DNA from: Batkoa obscura
Taxonomy: Eukaryota
Direction: 5' to 3'
NCBI GenBank assembly: GCA_030770535.1
Contig: JASVEC010000024.1
Coordinates: 1-64,000 of the forward strand
DNA length: 64,000 bases
Position 1 is the first letter of the stretch, and the number at the start of each line of letters is the position of its first letter. Positions 24,474 through 37,358 of the stretch are shown here, in pieces. Below the pieces are notes generated by a model. The model was not told the DNA's origin, ran no database searches, and saw only the letters and a program-made list of their open reading frames with translations. A program made the translations under genes and the position numbers.

Positions 24474-25751
24474 ATGAATATAATAAATCCATTAAGTTAT
24501 GATCAACCTTTAAAATTGATATGGAAAAAGAAACAGAAGGATATAATAATATTAGGTAATTCTTGTTTAGCTTATCATTTTGCATATTTTGCATTAAATA
24601 CAGGAAATAAAGTAATTATGTTTAATAACAAACATAATATACAATGTAAAGTCAAGCCAGAATTAATAACATTAGTAAATAATAATAAGAATTTTAGTAT
24701 AAAATATAAAGATATAAATCAATGTGATTTATTAAATTGTCAATTATTATTAATTGAAAACAGTAATAATAATAAATTATTATGGCTAAAAAATCAATGT
24801 AATTTATTAAATATACCAATATTTCTTCATAATAATTTTAATTTAAGTGATATTTGGATAGAAGATTTAATTCATTTAAATCATGATGTTTGTTTATTAA
24901 ATAATAATAATATAAATGATGAAGGTTATAAATCAAATGAGGATATAACAAATAATAACAATATGGAAATAAATAACGATATTTTACATAATAATAATAA
25001 TGAATTAATACAATATAATAATATAAATATTAATACAATAACTACTCAAGCTCAAATTTATTTAATTGGTGCTGGACCTGGAGATATTGGATTATTAACA
25101 CTTAAAGCAAAACAAATCATAGAACAAGCAGATTTAGTTTTAGCAGATAAACTAATAAGTAAAGAAATATTAAACCTAGTTCGAGGGGAATTAAAGATAG
25201 CTAATAAATATCAAGGGAATCAAATTAATGCTCAAAATGAATTAAATGAGTATGGAAAACAAGGTTTAATAAAAGGACAATTAGTTGTTCGATTAAAAGG
25301 AGGGGATCCATTTATCTTCGGTAGAGGGGGAGAAGAGGTTTTATATTATAGAAAATTAGGTTATGAGCCTAAAATTATTCCAGGTATTTCTTCTTGTTTA
25401 TCAGCTCCATTATTAGCAAATATACCTATAACTCATCGTTCTATAACCAACCAATTTTTAGTATGTACAGGTACTACATGTGATAATCGAATTATTAATT
25501 TACCAATATATGAAGAACAAAGAACACTAATATTATTAATGGCAGTTCATAAGATAAATGAAGTTCAATTATCATTAAGAGAATTGAAATATCCAGATAT
25601 TATTAATATTGCTATTATTGAGAATGCTTCTAGAGATAATCAAAGAAACATTTTTACTACATTAAAAGAGTTAATAGTAACAGCTAATAAGTTTAAAATT
25701 CAATCACCATCTATTATTGTTATTGGTAATTCTGTTAATACTTTATATTAA
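24474..25751 (+). CDS. MET1: Uroporphyrinogen-III C-methyltransferase (Met1/CysG-like, siroheme synthesis)
   Basis: YLIGAGPGDIGLLT, ADLVLADKL, VVRLKGGDPFIFGRGGEE, IPGISS, IPITHR. N-terminal eroded Rossmann-like region. Confidence 0.88.
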   Translation: MNIINPLSYDQPLKLIWKKKQKDIIILGNSCLAYHFAYFALNTGNKVIMFNNKHNIQCKVKPELITLVNNNKNFSIKYKDINQCDLLNCQLLLIENSNNNKLLWLKNQCNLLNIPIFLHNNFNLSDIWIEDLIHLNHDVCLLNNNNINDEGYKSNEDITNNNNMEINNDILHNNNNELIQYNNININTITTQAQIYLIGAGPGDIGLLTLKAKQIIEQADLVLADKLISKEILNLVRGELKIANKYQGNQINAQNELNEYGKQGLIKGQLVVRLKGGDPFIFGRGGEEVLYYRKLGYEPKIIPGISSCLSAPLLANIPITHRSITNQFLVCTGTTCDNRIINLPIYEEQRTLILLMAVHKINEVQLSLRELKYPDIINIAIIENASRDNQRNIFTTLKELIVTANKFKIQSPSIIVIGNSVNTLY

Positions 25752-25894
25752 TTATAATAAATAAATTAAACTAAATAAATAAATAAATAAAACTCACTTA
25801 ATAAAAATAAAAATAAAAATAAAATAAAATAAAAATAAATTAAATATTTAATAATTATTATATATAAGTAAAATTAGTTAATTAACTTTTATTT

Positions 25895-26747
25895 TTATGC
25901 TTTTTCTATTTTAGTCTCAATTCCCATTATAGATACTTCTTGATTAGCCTGTTATAAAATAAAATTAATAAAATTAATAAAATTAATAAAATTAATAATA
26001 TAATAATATAATTATATTATATTATATTAGCTTACTTTTTCATCATAATCAGCCCATTCACCGTCAGTTAAATCAATATCTTCAAATTTGATATTTGATT
26101 CGACACCAAAAGCAATGAAATCATCCTATATTATTTTAATATATATATAAATTATAATATTAATAAACTATTCTTTTCAAAAAAGTCAATTAATTTTTAA
26201 ACTTACTCTAGGTTGCCAAGCAACAATTTCCAACCCACGACATTCTAAAGTAGTAATAATTTGATATTGATTATTATTTTCCATTGAGTAAGGTTGAATT
26301 TTTTGACTTGTATCATAAGAACAACTACTTTCTCTTTTACAAAACTTACATTTAATTACTAAGTTAGCACTACCACGAGAGTTACTTAATTCAATTTCTT
26401 CCTATTAAAAAAAAAGAAATTAGATTATTTAATTTACAATTGATAAGAGTTATAAATAATAATAATAATAATAATAAAAGTTACATTTTTTGTTATTCCT
26501 ACCCATTTTGGGTTAACTTCATGACATGAAGTACATTCTACCTAGTTAATTATTAGTATTTAGTATTATAAATTATTTTAAATTTAAATTTAAATTTAAA
26601 TTACTTTAAAAAACCAAGTAAAATCATTTGAATTAGGTTGAATTTGATCAATATTAACTAACTCAGCTTTGAATAATAAATTTAATTTCTATATTAAAAT
26701 AATGTTATATTATATTATATTATATTCTATATTTTACTTACAACCAT
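25895..26747 (-). CDS. CXXC zinc-binding protein (DUF866/UPF0587, CZIB/C1orf123-like), ~6 exons
   Basis: Not in the ORF track. MV|KLNLLFKAEL...WFFK|VECTSCHE...|SRGSANLVIKCKFCKRE...LECRGLEIVAWQP...|DIDLTDGEWADYDEK|ANQEVSIMGI. Confidence 0.9.
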
Positions 26748-26956
26748 GATTTGTATTCAATTTTAGAAATTAAATTAAATTAAAAATAAATAAAAATGAG
26801 ATTAACTTATTTTATTATTCACCAATAAAATTGAATTTAATGAAATCAAATTGAAAATGAGGTATAAAAACGTAACAAAAAGTCAATGAAGAAAATGGAA
26901 TTTATTTTCAATAAAATCTTAAACAAGTATTAATAAATTAAGTAAAATATACAAAG

Positions 26957-27717
26957 ATGTTTGGATGTATAGTAGCAGGAAGATTAGTAAGATTAATATA
27001 TTTAACTATTAAAAAGAAGAAAACTAAATTTACAAAAATATTCTAAAATTATATCTATTTGTTATTAGGTTCAAACAAATTTACAGCAAGTTGAAGTCAA
27101 TAAATATTTATTTGAATTAAGTGATCCAAGTAGTATTAATCATATTGTTGTATTTATGTTAGGTACTATTCCATTTGACAATAATCATGGAGCATCTGTA
27201 CATTTTCTTTGGCCAAATAAAAATTGGCAATTTTTAGGATGGTAATATATTTTATAATCATGATTAATTATAATATAATATTTTTATAATTATAATATAA
27301 TATTCATTAAAAACTTATGATTGATTTTTAGTTAACTAATTTTTATCAATTTCTAGTTTAACTAATGAAAAACCTAGTTCTATATATAAATTACGTTCAC
27401 AAGATATGGTTGATAATGGAAGCGGTTTATCAGTCGTTAGTTTAGGTATAAGTATTGAACCTTTAGTATTACTTGAACAACAGATGGCACAACATAATAC
27501 TACTTTAAGTATAATGAAATTAGAAACTACAACTTTGCCAATAGTTCAGAATATTTTAACTAATTTATATAATTTTATAACTTCTTTTGTAAGTTCATCC
27601 AATGATACATCTTTATCAAATACTTTAATCCCTTTATCCGCTTTTCAACAATGGCATGATAAATTATTAAATAAATTAAAATTGGATCCTAATTTTTTAA
27701 ATAAAAATAATAATTAA
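26957..27717 (+). CDS. OPI10: Hikeshi/Opi10 family Hsp70 nuclear import carrier (3 exons)
   Basis: MFGCIVAGRL|VQTNLQQV...INHIVVFMLGTIPF...WQFLG|LTNEKPSSIYKL...LGISIEP...NLYNFITSF...FQQWHDKL...DPNFL. Confidence 0.92.
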
Positions 27718-27778
27718 ATTAATATAACAATAATATTTATAATATGTTTATAATTTTGATTTTAATTTTATTTTATTC

Positions 27779-29672
27779 TTATTTCTTTGGTGGGTATGAA
27801 GAAGTCTGTGGTGGATAACCAGAGTTAGTAGGTGGATAAGGGCTACTTTGTGGTGGATAAGGTGAACTTACTGGTGGATAAAGAGATGTTTGGGGTGGAT
27901 AAGTAGGTGAAGTATTATTACTATTACTATTACTATTACTATTGTTATTAGGAGGATAAGGTGAGCTTATTGGTGGATAAACATTGTATTGTGTAGGACT
28001 TGTATGATTGGATGAAGTATTACTAGGTGGATACAAATTATTAGATGGTGGATAAATAGAAGAAGCTGGTGGATATCCTGAAGAGCTTTCTTGCTTTTTA
28101 TTGTCATTTAATGGTGGATAAATAGAACTAACATTTGAAGGAGGGTAACCTGTATTATTACTTGTTGGAGGATAACCTGTATTATTACTTGTTGGAGGAT
28201 AACCCAAATTACTACTTAAAGGAGGATAACCTGAAGATTGTTGAGTTGTTGATAGCTTTAATGAATTTTCTGGTGGATAAATAGATGAATTTTTATTACT
28301 TTCTTGTTTATTATCCTCTTTTAATGGTGGATAAACTGAATTATTACTTATAGGAGGATATACTGATGATTGTTGAGTTCCACTTGGCTTTGAAGAGGAA
28401 CTTACTGGTGGGTAAACAGAACTACTGTTTGAAGGTGGATGTCCTGCACTATTGTTTGCTGGAGGATAACCAGAATTATTGCTTGGAGGGTATACGGAGG
28501 ATTGTTGACTTTCAGTAGGTTTTGATGAATTTAGTGGTGGATAAACAGAGCTAGAGGTTGAAGGTGGGTATCCTGAATTATTATTCGATGGTGGATATCC
28601 CGATGAATTGTTTGTTGATGGATAATTAGAACTGTTATTTGTAGGAGGATATATAGATGACCCTTGTGCTCCAGATGGTTTTGATGAACTTATTGGTGGA
28701 TAACCAGAGTTACCGTTTGAAGGTGGATACCCTGAACTACTATTTATTGGGGGATATCCTGAATTATTATTTGAAGGTGGATATACAGATGATTGTTGGC
28801 TTCCAGTTGGTTTTGTAGACGAGCTTACTGGTGGATATACTGAGCTGTTATTTGCTGGTGGATAACCTGTATTATTGGTTGCAGGATATGCAGAAGATTG
28901 ACCTGTTGATGACGGATATCCAGAATTATTATTACTTGGAGGATAACCCGAATTATTGTTTACTGGTGGATGACCATTGTTACCGGTGTTATTATTATTA
29001 CTTGACTTGGTATTAACTCTTTCGATTTTTTGATTTGAAATCGACATATTAGCTAATTGATTTGTAGTTGAATCCAATTTATTATTTGTTTGTTTAAATG
29101 TATCTTGTTTTAAAGGTAAATAAGTACACTTTAAATGAATTTTACCACAATATTTATTTTTATGCTTGATTTCATACCAGTTTTCAATAAATCCAAATTC
29201 TATTATTGTAAATAAAGAGATACTTGTTTTACCAATTAAATCATCATCTGATAATTTATCATAATCATAACAATCAATTAATAACTCACTTTCTCCATTA
29301 ACATTACTTTTGTAAAGGAAGGTTTTTGTTAATTTTAATAAATAAAATAGAATGTTTTTGTACTTACAATAAAAATTCTTCATTCCAAGTAGCTTTTGAA
29401 CCTGCATTCATTATTATTTTTGTCTTTGCTGATTGTGATCCCAACTTTAATATAGTATATGCGTCATTTTTGCCTAAAACGTTAGTTTAATATTTTATTT
29501 AATATGTTATGTCTATCAATAGTTATAAACTTACCAAATAAACCATCTCGATTTTTTAAGTCTTTAGCACTAACTATAAATTTGAATAATTATTTTATAC
29601 TTTTAAGTTTATATTTTTATTACCAACAGTAACCTTTAAACTTCCTTTTTGTTTATTAATATTTAAACTCAT
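27779..29672 (-). CDS. C2-domain protein with very long S/N-rich YPP-repeat tail (C2 paralogue D, 4 exons)
   Basis: MSLNINKQKGSLKVTV|VSAKDLKNRDGLF|GKNDAYTIL...KTKIIMNAGSKATWNEEF|...DCYDYDKLSDDDLIG, then roughly 40 xYPP units. Confidence 0.9.
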
Positions 29673-30201
29673 TCTTATAAAAATTATTTAGTATAAAAGG
29701 ATTATTATAAACTTTAATTCTTTTTATATATTATAAAAAAATGAAACAAAAGCCAAATTATTGAAATCAGAACTTGTCATTTTTTAATAAGACTTCTTGA
29801 ACAAAAACTGTGACAAATTGGCAAATTTGTTGGGAAATGATATCATTAAACCGTTGTTCTTTTATAGTATTTTTTAATAATAAATTACTGCTAAAAATTC
29901 GGATTTGATTTCTAAAAATATCAAATTTAACTTTTTTTAAAGATTTAAAGATTGTTAGAAAAGTATCAATATATTAATATAAAACTATTATTACTTTAAA
30001 ATACATAAATACTATTAGTAATAATATAATAATAACGCCGCATAATATTACTACTTAGCAACTTTAATTTATCTTTTGTATTTTGATTTTTAATTTCTAT
30101 TTTTAAATCTACCAATAAAATAGCGGTGAATTTATAGAACATTAAATTAACTTGACTTTATTATTTAAACTTTAGTTTTCTTTTTTATTATCTTATCTAA
30201 A

Positions 30202-31249
30202 ATGGATTTGAAATCAAAAAATCAAGCTAAAAATTATTTCAAAATAACAATAGGTAAGTAGTATTATCCTATATTTATAACGATATTTATTTATATACTT
30301 GTGTTTTAGATTATATGAATAAATTTTATTCTGATAAATTATTTGATAGTAAGGAGTTAAATAGTTTATATAATAATAACAACAGTTTATTAACTAATTT
30401 GACAGAAAACAACTCATATTATTTTAAATTGCGTTATGGAAAAGAAGAGGTTTATAGTAAATATCAAACATTAGAGAAATCCACTATTTATTTCAATCAA
30501 GAGTTTATATTGTAAGATAAAATCAATACTATTCATATAAACAAATATTAATACTAAACTTTATTTATAGTGATGATTTAGAATATAAATTTTTCAATAT
30601 AGAATTTTATAAATATAATTCAACAAAAGATGAATTTATTGGTTTAGTAGATGCTATTAATATCGATTATATAAAGAAAAAAAACAATTTTCGTGAACGG
30701 TTTCTATTAAAAAATTGGGAAGGCAAATCATTAACTTGTGAAATATTAATTCATTTAAGTTATCATTTGTCTAATGAATACTTTACTGACAACAATTCAT
30801 ATATTAATAGTACTAACAATAGTACTAACACTAATTATAAGATAAGTCAGGTTAATTATACGAATTTATCTTCACCAAAAATACCCATTAATTATAATTT
30901 GTATCAGAATAAATCTTTTTCCTCACCCAAAAAATTTACATACCCAACGGTATCTAATTATGGTAAAATGTATTTAAATAAACATTTAAGTAACAACAAT
31001 ATTAATACAATTAATACAACTAATACAACTATAAATAGAAGTAATAATAGTGTTAATTATAAGAATTTAGATGATGTTAATACTCAATCATTACCGCCTT
31101 CTTATTCTAAGCTATCTAATTATGAAAGTTTAACACAACCACTGCCCCCCCCTGCGTATAATACAAATACTCAAGTATCAAATAGAAGTAGTAATAGTAG
31201 GATTAATAATTTGAGTGCAAGATTTGGTTGGTCTAATGAAAAAAGTTAA
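30202..31249 (+). CDS. Highly divergent C2-like protein with PY motifs (C2 paralogue E, 3 exons)
   Basis: MDLKSKNQAKNYFKITI|DYM...YFKLRYGKEEVYSK...YFNQEFI|...FNIEFYKYNSTKDEFIG...EILIHLSY, then an N-rich tail with LPPSY and PPPAY. Introns at C2-family positions 1 and 3. Confidence 0.7.
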
Positions 31250-32518
31250 TTTGGTGTTTTCTAATTTAAATAAAAGTTAATATTATATAGTTTATTATTA
31301 GAATTTTACTATTATTTGACTAAAATTTTGATCTTGATGATCATAAATATAGTTACTATAGACCTTACTTATAGGGAATTAATAGAACATAGAAACTTAA
31401 AACTTATTATAGAGTGTCAATTAAAAAAAATAACATTAGTTAATTTAAATTCTAATACCAGTTATTGTTTTTAATGTTTATTTTTCCAATTTTAAAGCCA
31501 AAATGTATATGAAATTATTATAGTTCATAATAACTTCAAAAAGCTTAATAGCTCTAAATACTGAAACAAAATTATTCCCGATTAAACTTCTATCTTACAT
31601 TATCTTCAAAACAATGGGTGATTCCCAACGAGAACATCAGAAATAATACAATTATCATATCTCTTTTTATACTATTTATAGCAGTAATTTTTTAAATCAT
31701 CTGTGCAACTATTTTTTTAAAGCCTGATCTTTAACTTTTAGCTGGGTTTTAACATAAATTTTACTCTTAAATGAACCATTAAATAGTTTAAAAAGAGCCG
31801 CAATAGTAACTAAATTAACATTGAATTAAATTAGTACTCAATATTGGTAAATTAGCTTTAAAAAACTTGCCATTGATTGTGTAATAAAAAAATAGGACTC
31901 TCAATCTTCTCTAATTACAAATATCAAAACATTCGAATACTCTAATTGACTCAGTCCATACTATTTCTCAAACTGTGGCTTAAACTAGCTAAAATCTTCA
32001 TCAGGTTGAAAGTTAGAGCTTAAACTAAGTCCAAAATAAAATTGATATTTATAATAGTATAAATAATCATATCTATATTCCATTCAACAATTTTATTTTA
32101 TCTACATTACATCTTTATATAAATGTTAATTTCAGTTTAACAATCTCTTTACCCCACATCAATATAATTCTAAATAGAACTTCTCAATAAAGTTTTGGTT
32201 TGAAAATCAAATAGTGATAAATCCTAATGTAACTTGAGTATAATCGAACTGAAAGGGGCAACACCTGATTACTAATTTCATTAATTTAACCAATGATAAG
32301 TGGCAAAACTATAAATTTGGTAACTTATGATCTCATTCAACCAAATCCTTTCAACTTCATGATTTATTAGTAAGTGAAATGAAAAGTATAAATAGGCATT
32401 CAATTAGATTTATTTTAATTTTAGTATTTTTCTTACTTTATCTTGTGTATAAATTATTATTGTTATCACTATATTTCTCCTTCAATAAATTATTATTATT
32501 ATTGTTATTCTTTTTATC

Positions 32519-33133
32519 ATGTTACTTCAATCTGTTATCAATTTTAATTTGAATTCAAAACCTCAGCATGCTTTAGGAATCAGTGAAGATCAACTAAATA
32601 TTAATGAGAATTTAAATAATGAACTTGAGGTTTATGGCTCCAGTCCAACAAGCGACTATATAGTTGAATTACCGAGTTATATTGGAAGTGAAATGGATTC
32701 AAATCCAATGAAAGAAGTAGTAGAAGATGAATTATTGCCCAACTATTCGTACTCAATATTTAATGAAGGCTATTTATATTTAAAAAAGGAAAATAGCAGT
32801 CGAAGTTTTATGAGTAAGAAATGGGAATTAAATTACTTTATATTACAAGGAACCAGTTTAAGGATATATGAATATAATCCTAATTTAACACATTACGGTA
32901 TTAATAAACATAGATTACAAAGCTATAAAAGCTGGAATTTATCGCAATGTAATATCAATTGGGTTAATAATCATACCAAATATGATAATGTGGTTAGGGT
33001 TACTATGAAAGATAACTCAACTTATCTTATTCGTACAAAAGAAAGATCAAAATTATTAGATTGGTTAAAGGATCTTAAAGCGGCTATAGTGCTCTCTGTA
33101 GATATCGATCAGAGAAGTTTATATTGTTTATAA
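32519..33133 (+). CDS. PH-domain protein with LPxY motifs (fungal YHR131C-like)
   Basis: LPSY, LPNY, then EGYLYLKKE..KKWELNYFILQGTSLRIY...YLIRTK...LLDWLKDLKAAI. Confidence 0.75.
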   Translation: MLLQSVINFNLNSKPQHALGISEDQLNINENLNNELEVYGSSPTSDYIVELPSYIGSEMDSNPMKEVVEDELLPNYSYSIFNEGYLYLKKENSSRSFMSKKWELNYFILQGTSLRIYEYNPNLTHYGINKHRLQSYKSWNLSQCNINWVNNHTKYDNVVRVTMKDNSTYLIRTKERSKLLDWLKDLKAAIVLSVDIDQRSLYCL

Positions 33134-33291
33134 GTATGAAAATAAATTATTATTGTTTGTTTATTTCATTTTTTTGTTTATTTTTTTCAGTTGAATAGAA
33201 TTTTTACTAGTAATGTTAAATCTAGTAATGTTAAATCTGTCTTTTTATAATTATTATTACTGCTAACTTAAGTATAAAAATGAATTTTATA

Positions 33292-33372
33292 AGTTATTTT
33301 ATTTTTATAAATAGATTTTTTATTGTTTCTTATTTTTATAAATAGACTTTTTTATTGTTTCTTATTTTTAAA
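33292..33372. repeat. ~33-bp tandem repeat (about 2.5 units); 15-bp tandem duplication at ~33206-33238
   Basis: tttttataaatagaYttttttattgtttcttat repeated; ctagtaatgttaaat x2. Confidence 0.85.
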
Positions 33373-33610
33373 TAAAAAACTTGAATTAATAATCGAAAAT
33401 TTTGTTTATTTTATATTACAACAGTCACATTTAATTAGAGTGGATAAATAATTAAATAGAATATTGAAAATGATTAGTTACAAAATTGAATTAAATTCAT
33501 CTAATTGAATGATTTCAATATTACGCTTAAAATCAATAATAATAGGGTTTGGAAAAATTGTTATTTTTGAGTTTTAAGTTTATTTGATTTTAGTTCTTTC
33601 AATAAATACG

Positions 33611-36249
33611 ATGGTAATTACAATATAATTTGACAACATCGCTTATATCGATACTAATAAAGTTATTCTATAGTTAAACCCGATACAATCTATTTTACTA
33701 TTTTATTACTTAATAGCTATCATAACATGTGATTACTCTATCATCACCTTACTTAGTAGCAAACCTGAGTTTAAAGAGATGATCTATTTACTTCAAGAAT
33801 CTCGTATGATCCCCATTATCAATCGACTAAATGGGACTACTTTATTAGCTTTAACGAATGATAAACTAAAAGATGTAGATAAGTTATATCCAACAAGAAA
33901 AGATAAAGAAGAGTTAATAAGATATCATTTAATGGAAGGTAACTTTACAAAACAGCAATTGGTGGATAGCTATAATAACAAAAATTGGTTGGTGGAAACT
34001 TATTTGTATAAGGAAGAGGGTGTAGAAGGTCTGTTGGGGGTAGATCAAGGTCAAAGAGTTAAAGTAGAATATGTCAAGGAAAAGGATAAATTGATGATAG
34101 GAGATGTAAAAGTAGTTGAAACGGATTTATTGACTAAAAATGGTAAATCATAGTTTTATTTAATAAGTGTTAATATATATATATATTATTGTTAGGTATT
34201 ATTCACGTTGTTGATAATTATATTATACCACCAAAAAAAACGAGTAAGTTTACTATTATGTTTTTTTAATGTTTTGTTCATTTTTTTAGTGGAAATTATA
34301 AAAAATCATCCTAATTTAACCTATTTTTATGAATGGATTAAAAAGAGTGAAGAAATTGAAACAATAATTGATGAAGGAAAATCAATGAATTTGTTTTTAT
34401 TTGAAGATAATTCAATATCAAAAATGATGAACTCAATTGAATTAAATTACTTAAATAATTTAAATTATGCTTTAAAAGATCGATCCTTTTTAGTAAACTC
34501 TTTCTTGATTAATAACAGTCAACCTCCTGTTATTTATAATCAATATTTTAATAATAATTTATCTTTACCTATTATTACTGTTAATTTGGCAGGTAGTCCA
34601 GTCATTATTAATGGCCTTGATAATAATGTTTATTTCAACCATATGTTGTTAAATAGTACCGATATTTTAACTAGAAATGGTAAATAATACATAATATTAT
34701 ATTATTTTAATAATATTTTATTTTAGGTGTAATTCATTTATTATCTAAACCACAATTACCATATGGACTTAATTTTGATGGAATGAAATATTTAATAGGA
34801 ATGAATGCAACTAAATTTTATGATTATGCAAAGAATTCAAGTGTGGAGAATTTAGTTAATAGTAAAAAGGATAAATACACCATATTGATACCACCCAACA
34901 ATGCATTTGAACTATTCAATAATGATAGAATTAATGAAGATATATTATATTATCATATATTAAAAGGACTACAAAATAGAAGTACATTAAATAATACAGG
35001 GTTAATAATTACAATGTTAGATTCAGATAATGAATTAAAAGTACAACAAAGGATTAAAATTAAGCATAGAAATGGAGAAATTATATTAAACGATATGTCT
35101 AATTTAATAGGAGATACTTATAATATTAAGAATACAAATTTAATACAGATATCTTCACTATTAGAAATACCACCCGATTTATTCAATTATTTAAATAAGG
35201 AAACAGATTTATCAAACTTTTTACAATTGATTAAATCATCCCCTCAACTAGAAGAGTATTTATTAAATTTAACTTCATTTACTGGATTATTTCCTAATAA
35301 TATGGCATTTGCTAATGATAATCAAGAGATATTAACAAATTATTTATTAATGAATTCATCAAGTGAGTTATTAACTTCTATTATAAAATTTAATTTAATT
35401 AAATATCCAACATATTCTACAGCATTCGAACATGGGGATTTAAGTTTAATAACAATGTACAATGATACAAAGATTAGTGTTAATAGACAAGACAATCAAA
35501 TACAGTTCGTTTCAAATACAACCAATCATTTTGATGGTATACCCATCCTATATGAATCTGATCAATTGGTACGTAGTGGGGTTATTCATAAAACAAATCA
35601 ATTATTAATACCACCAACATTATTTAATAATTTAACAGCATATCAAATAATTAGAGCTAATTCAGCAAAAACCTTTTTGTATCTAATGAAATTAGCTAAC
35701 TTAACTAATTTATTAACAGATAAAGATGGCCCAATAAAAACATTATTAATACCATCAGATGAAGCTTTTTCAAATGTTAATATGACATTATTAACAACAA
35801 ATATTGAATTATTAAATCAAACATTACAATTTCATTTGTTAACTGAAAGATTACCAACTCATTTAAATTCATTAAATAGATTAATATCTATACCTACGAT
35901 TTCTAATACATTGAAAAACTTAAAAATATTATTTTTACCAAACAATAAGCTATCGGATAACAACTTTAAAAATAACAAAATTCATATACGTACTGAAGGT
36001 GCTCCTGCTCCCTTATATCAATTTGAAGCTAGTATTTTAACCTCTGGACAAGCTTATGATATGTCGATTGCAATTATAGATAGTGTATTATTTATTCCTC
36101 CAATAGATAATAAATATTCTTTATTGAGTTTATTCAGAGATCTTGTATTAGCTATTGGTGGTTTAGGTACTCTTTACGGAGTTGGATATTTGGCTTATTA
36201 TAGGTATTTTCCAATCAGAGCAAATGGCTATCAGCCTATTGAAAATTAG
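33611..36249 (+). CDS. Multi-FAS1 (fasciclin) type I membrane protein
   Basis: ATG-only exon 1, then signal peptide (LNPIQSILLFYYLIAIITC). Repeated FAS1 motifs (TLLALTN, TILIPPNNAF, TGLFPNNMAF, TLLIPSDEAF; NGIIHVVD, SGVIHKTN, IAIIDSVL). C-terminal TM helix. Confidence 0.88.
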
Positions 36250-36594
36250 GAGTATGTATGGCTGTGTATTTTTATTTTATAATTTTTTATTTAATAAATA
36301 TTTTTTTGTATATGCCTGGGTTAATAATGAGTGAATGTTTTAATTTTATGAAGAGTTAATAACGAATATCGTTTTATGAATATGCAATAAAATCTTACTA
36401 ATAGAAATAGGTTCTACTTCATAGTTTAGGTCTTACTATAACGTTAAATAAGTTTTGATAAAAATAATAAATGAAATCTAAAAAAGGCTTGTTCAGTTTG
36501 AATCAGTAATACCGATTATTAAAGCACTTCAAAATAAAGTATTGAATATTTTAAATTCTCTAGAACGTATTTTATTTACAATATATTAAACTAT

Positions 36595-36894
36595 TTAAGA
36601 GTTAATTTCTTTTTTAGCATCACCACGTAACTTGGAAGCTTTACCTTCAACTTGCATTTGTTCATTACCAATAGCTGATCCAACAGTATCTTTTATATTT
36701 CCTTTAAAACTGTCTTTAGCACCTTCAGCATAACCCTTAGCTTGAGCAGCTTTATATTCAGCATCACCTTCAGTTCTTTGAGCAGCACCTTTAGCCTCAA
36801 GAGAATGATTACCAAGAACAGAGCCTACATTTTCTTTGATAGCTCCAATGGTATAATTGACATTAGCATTGATTTTAGATGGACCTTCAGACAT
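36595..36894 (-). CDS. CsbD-like/Hmp1-like small stress protein
   Basis: Two CsbD-like units: GAIKENVGSVLGNHSLEAKG and GNIKDTVGSAIGNEQMQVEG. Confidence 0.85.
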   Translation of the reverse strand: MSEGPSKINANVNYTIGAIKENVGSVLGNHSLEAKGAAQRTEGDAEYKAAQAKGYAEGAKDSFKGNIKDTVGSAIGNEQMQVEGKASKLRGDAKKEINS

Positions 36895-37358
36895 TTTCGG
36901 TTTTTAGTTTGATAATTAATAATTAATAATTTATTATTTGTTTTTGCTTTATAATTTATTACAACACTATATCGCTGGTTTTTATACTATTTTCCTATTT
37001 TTTTTAAATGAAAATGACCTCACTATTACCATTTAGTTTCTACTAACTAAATGCTACTAAATTTTACGTAATTAAAAATTAAAAATTAATATTTCACCAT
37101 TATTATTTCGTCATTTCTACTTACCCTCACCTTATATATTTTGATTTACCGTCTAAAAATAGTTATAAGAAATAATTAAGAATAGTTATAAATTAATGAG
37201 AATTAATTAGTACATATTTTAGTTGATTATATTAAAAATATGAACTCAATTTCACAATATACACTTTTTTTTATATTTTACGCTGTATAAAAATAGACAA
37301 AAATTAAGCGTAAAATAGTCCCAAGTCTCTATCAAAAACTCGCAAGCTTAATTTTAAG

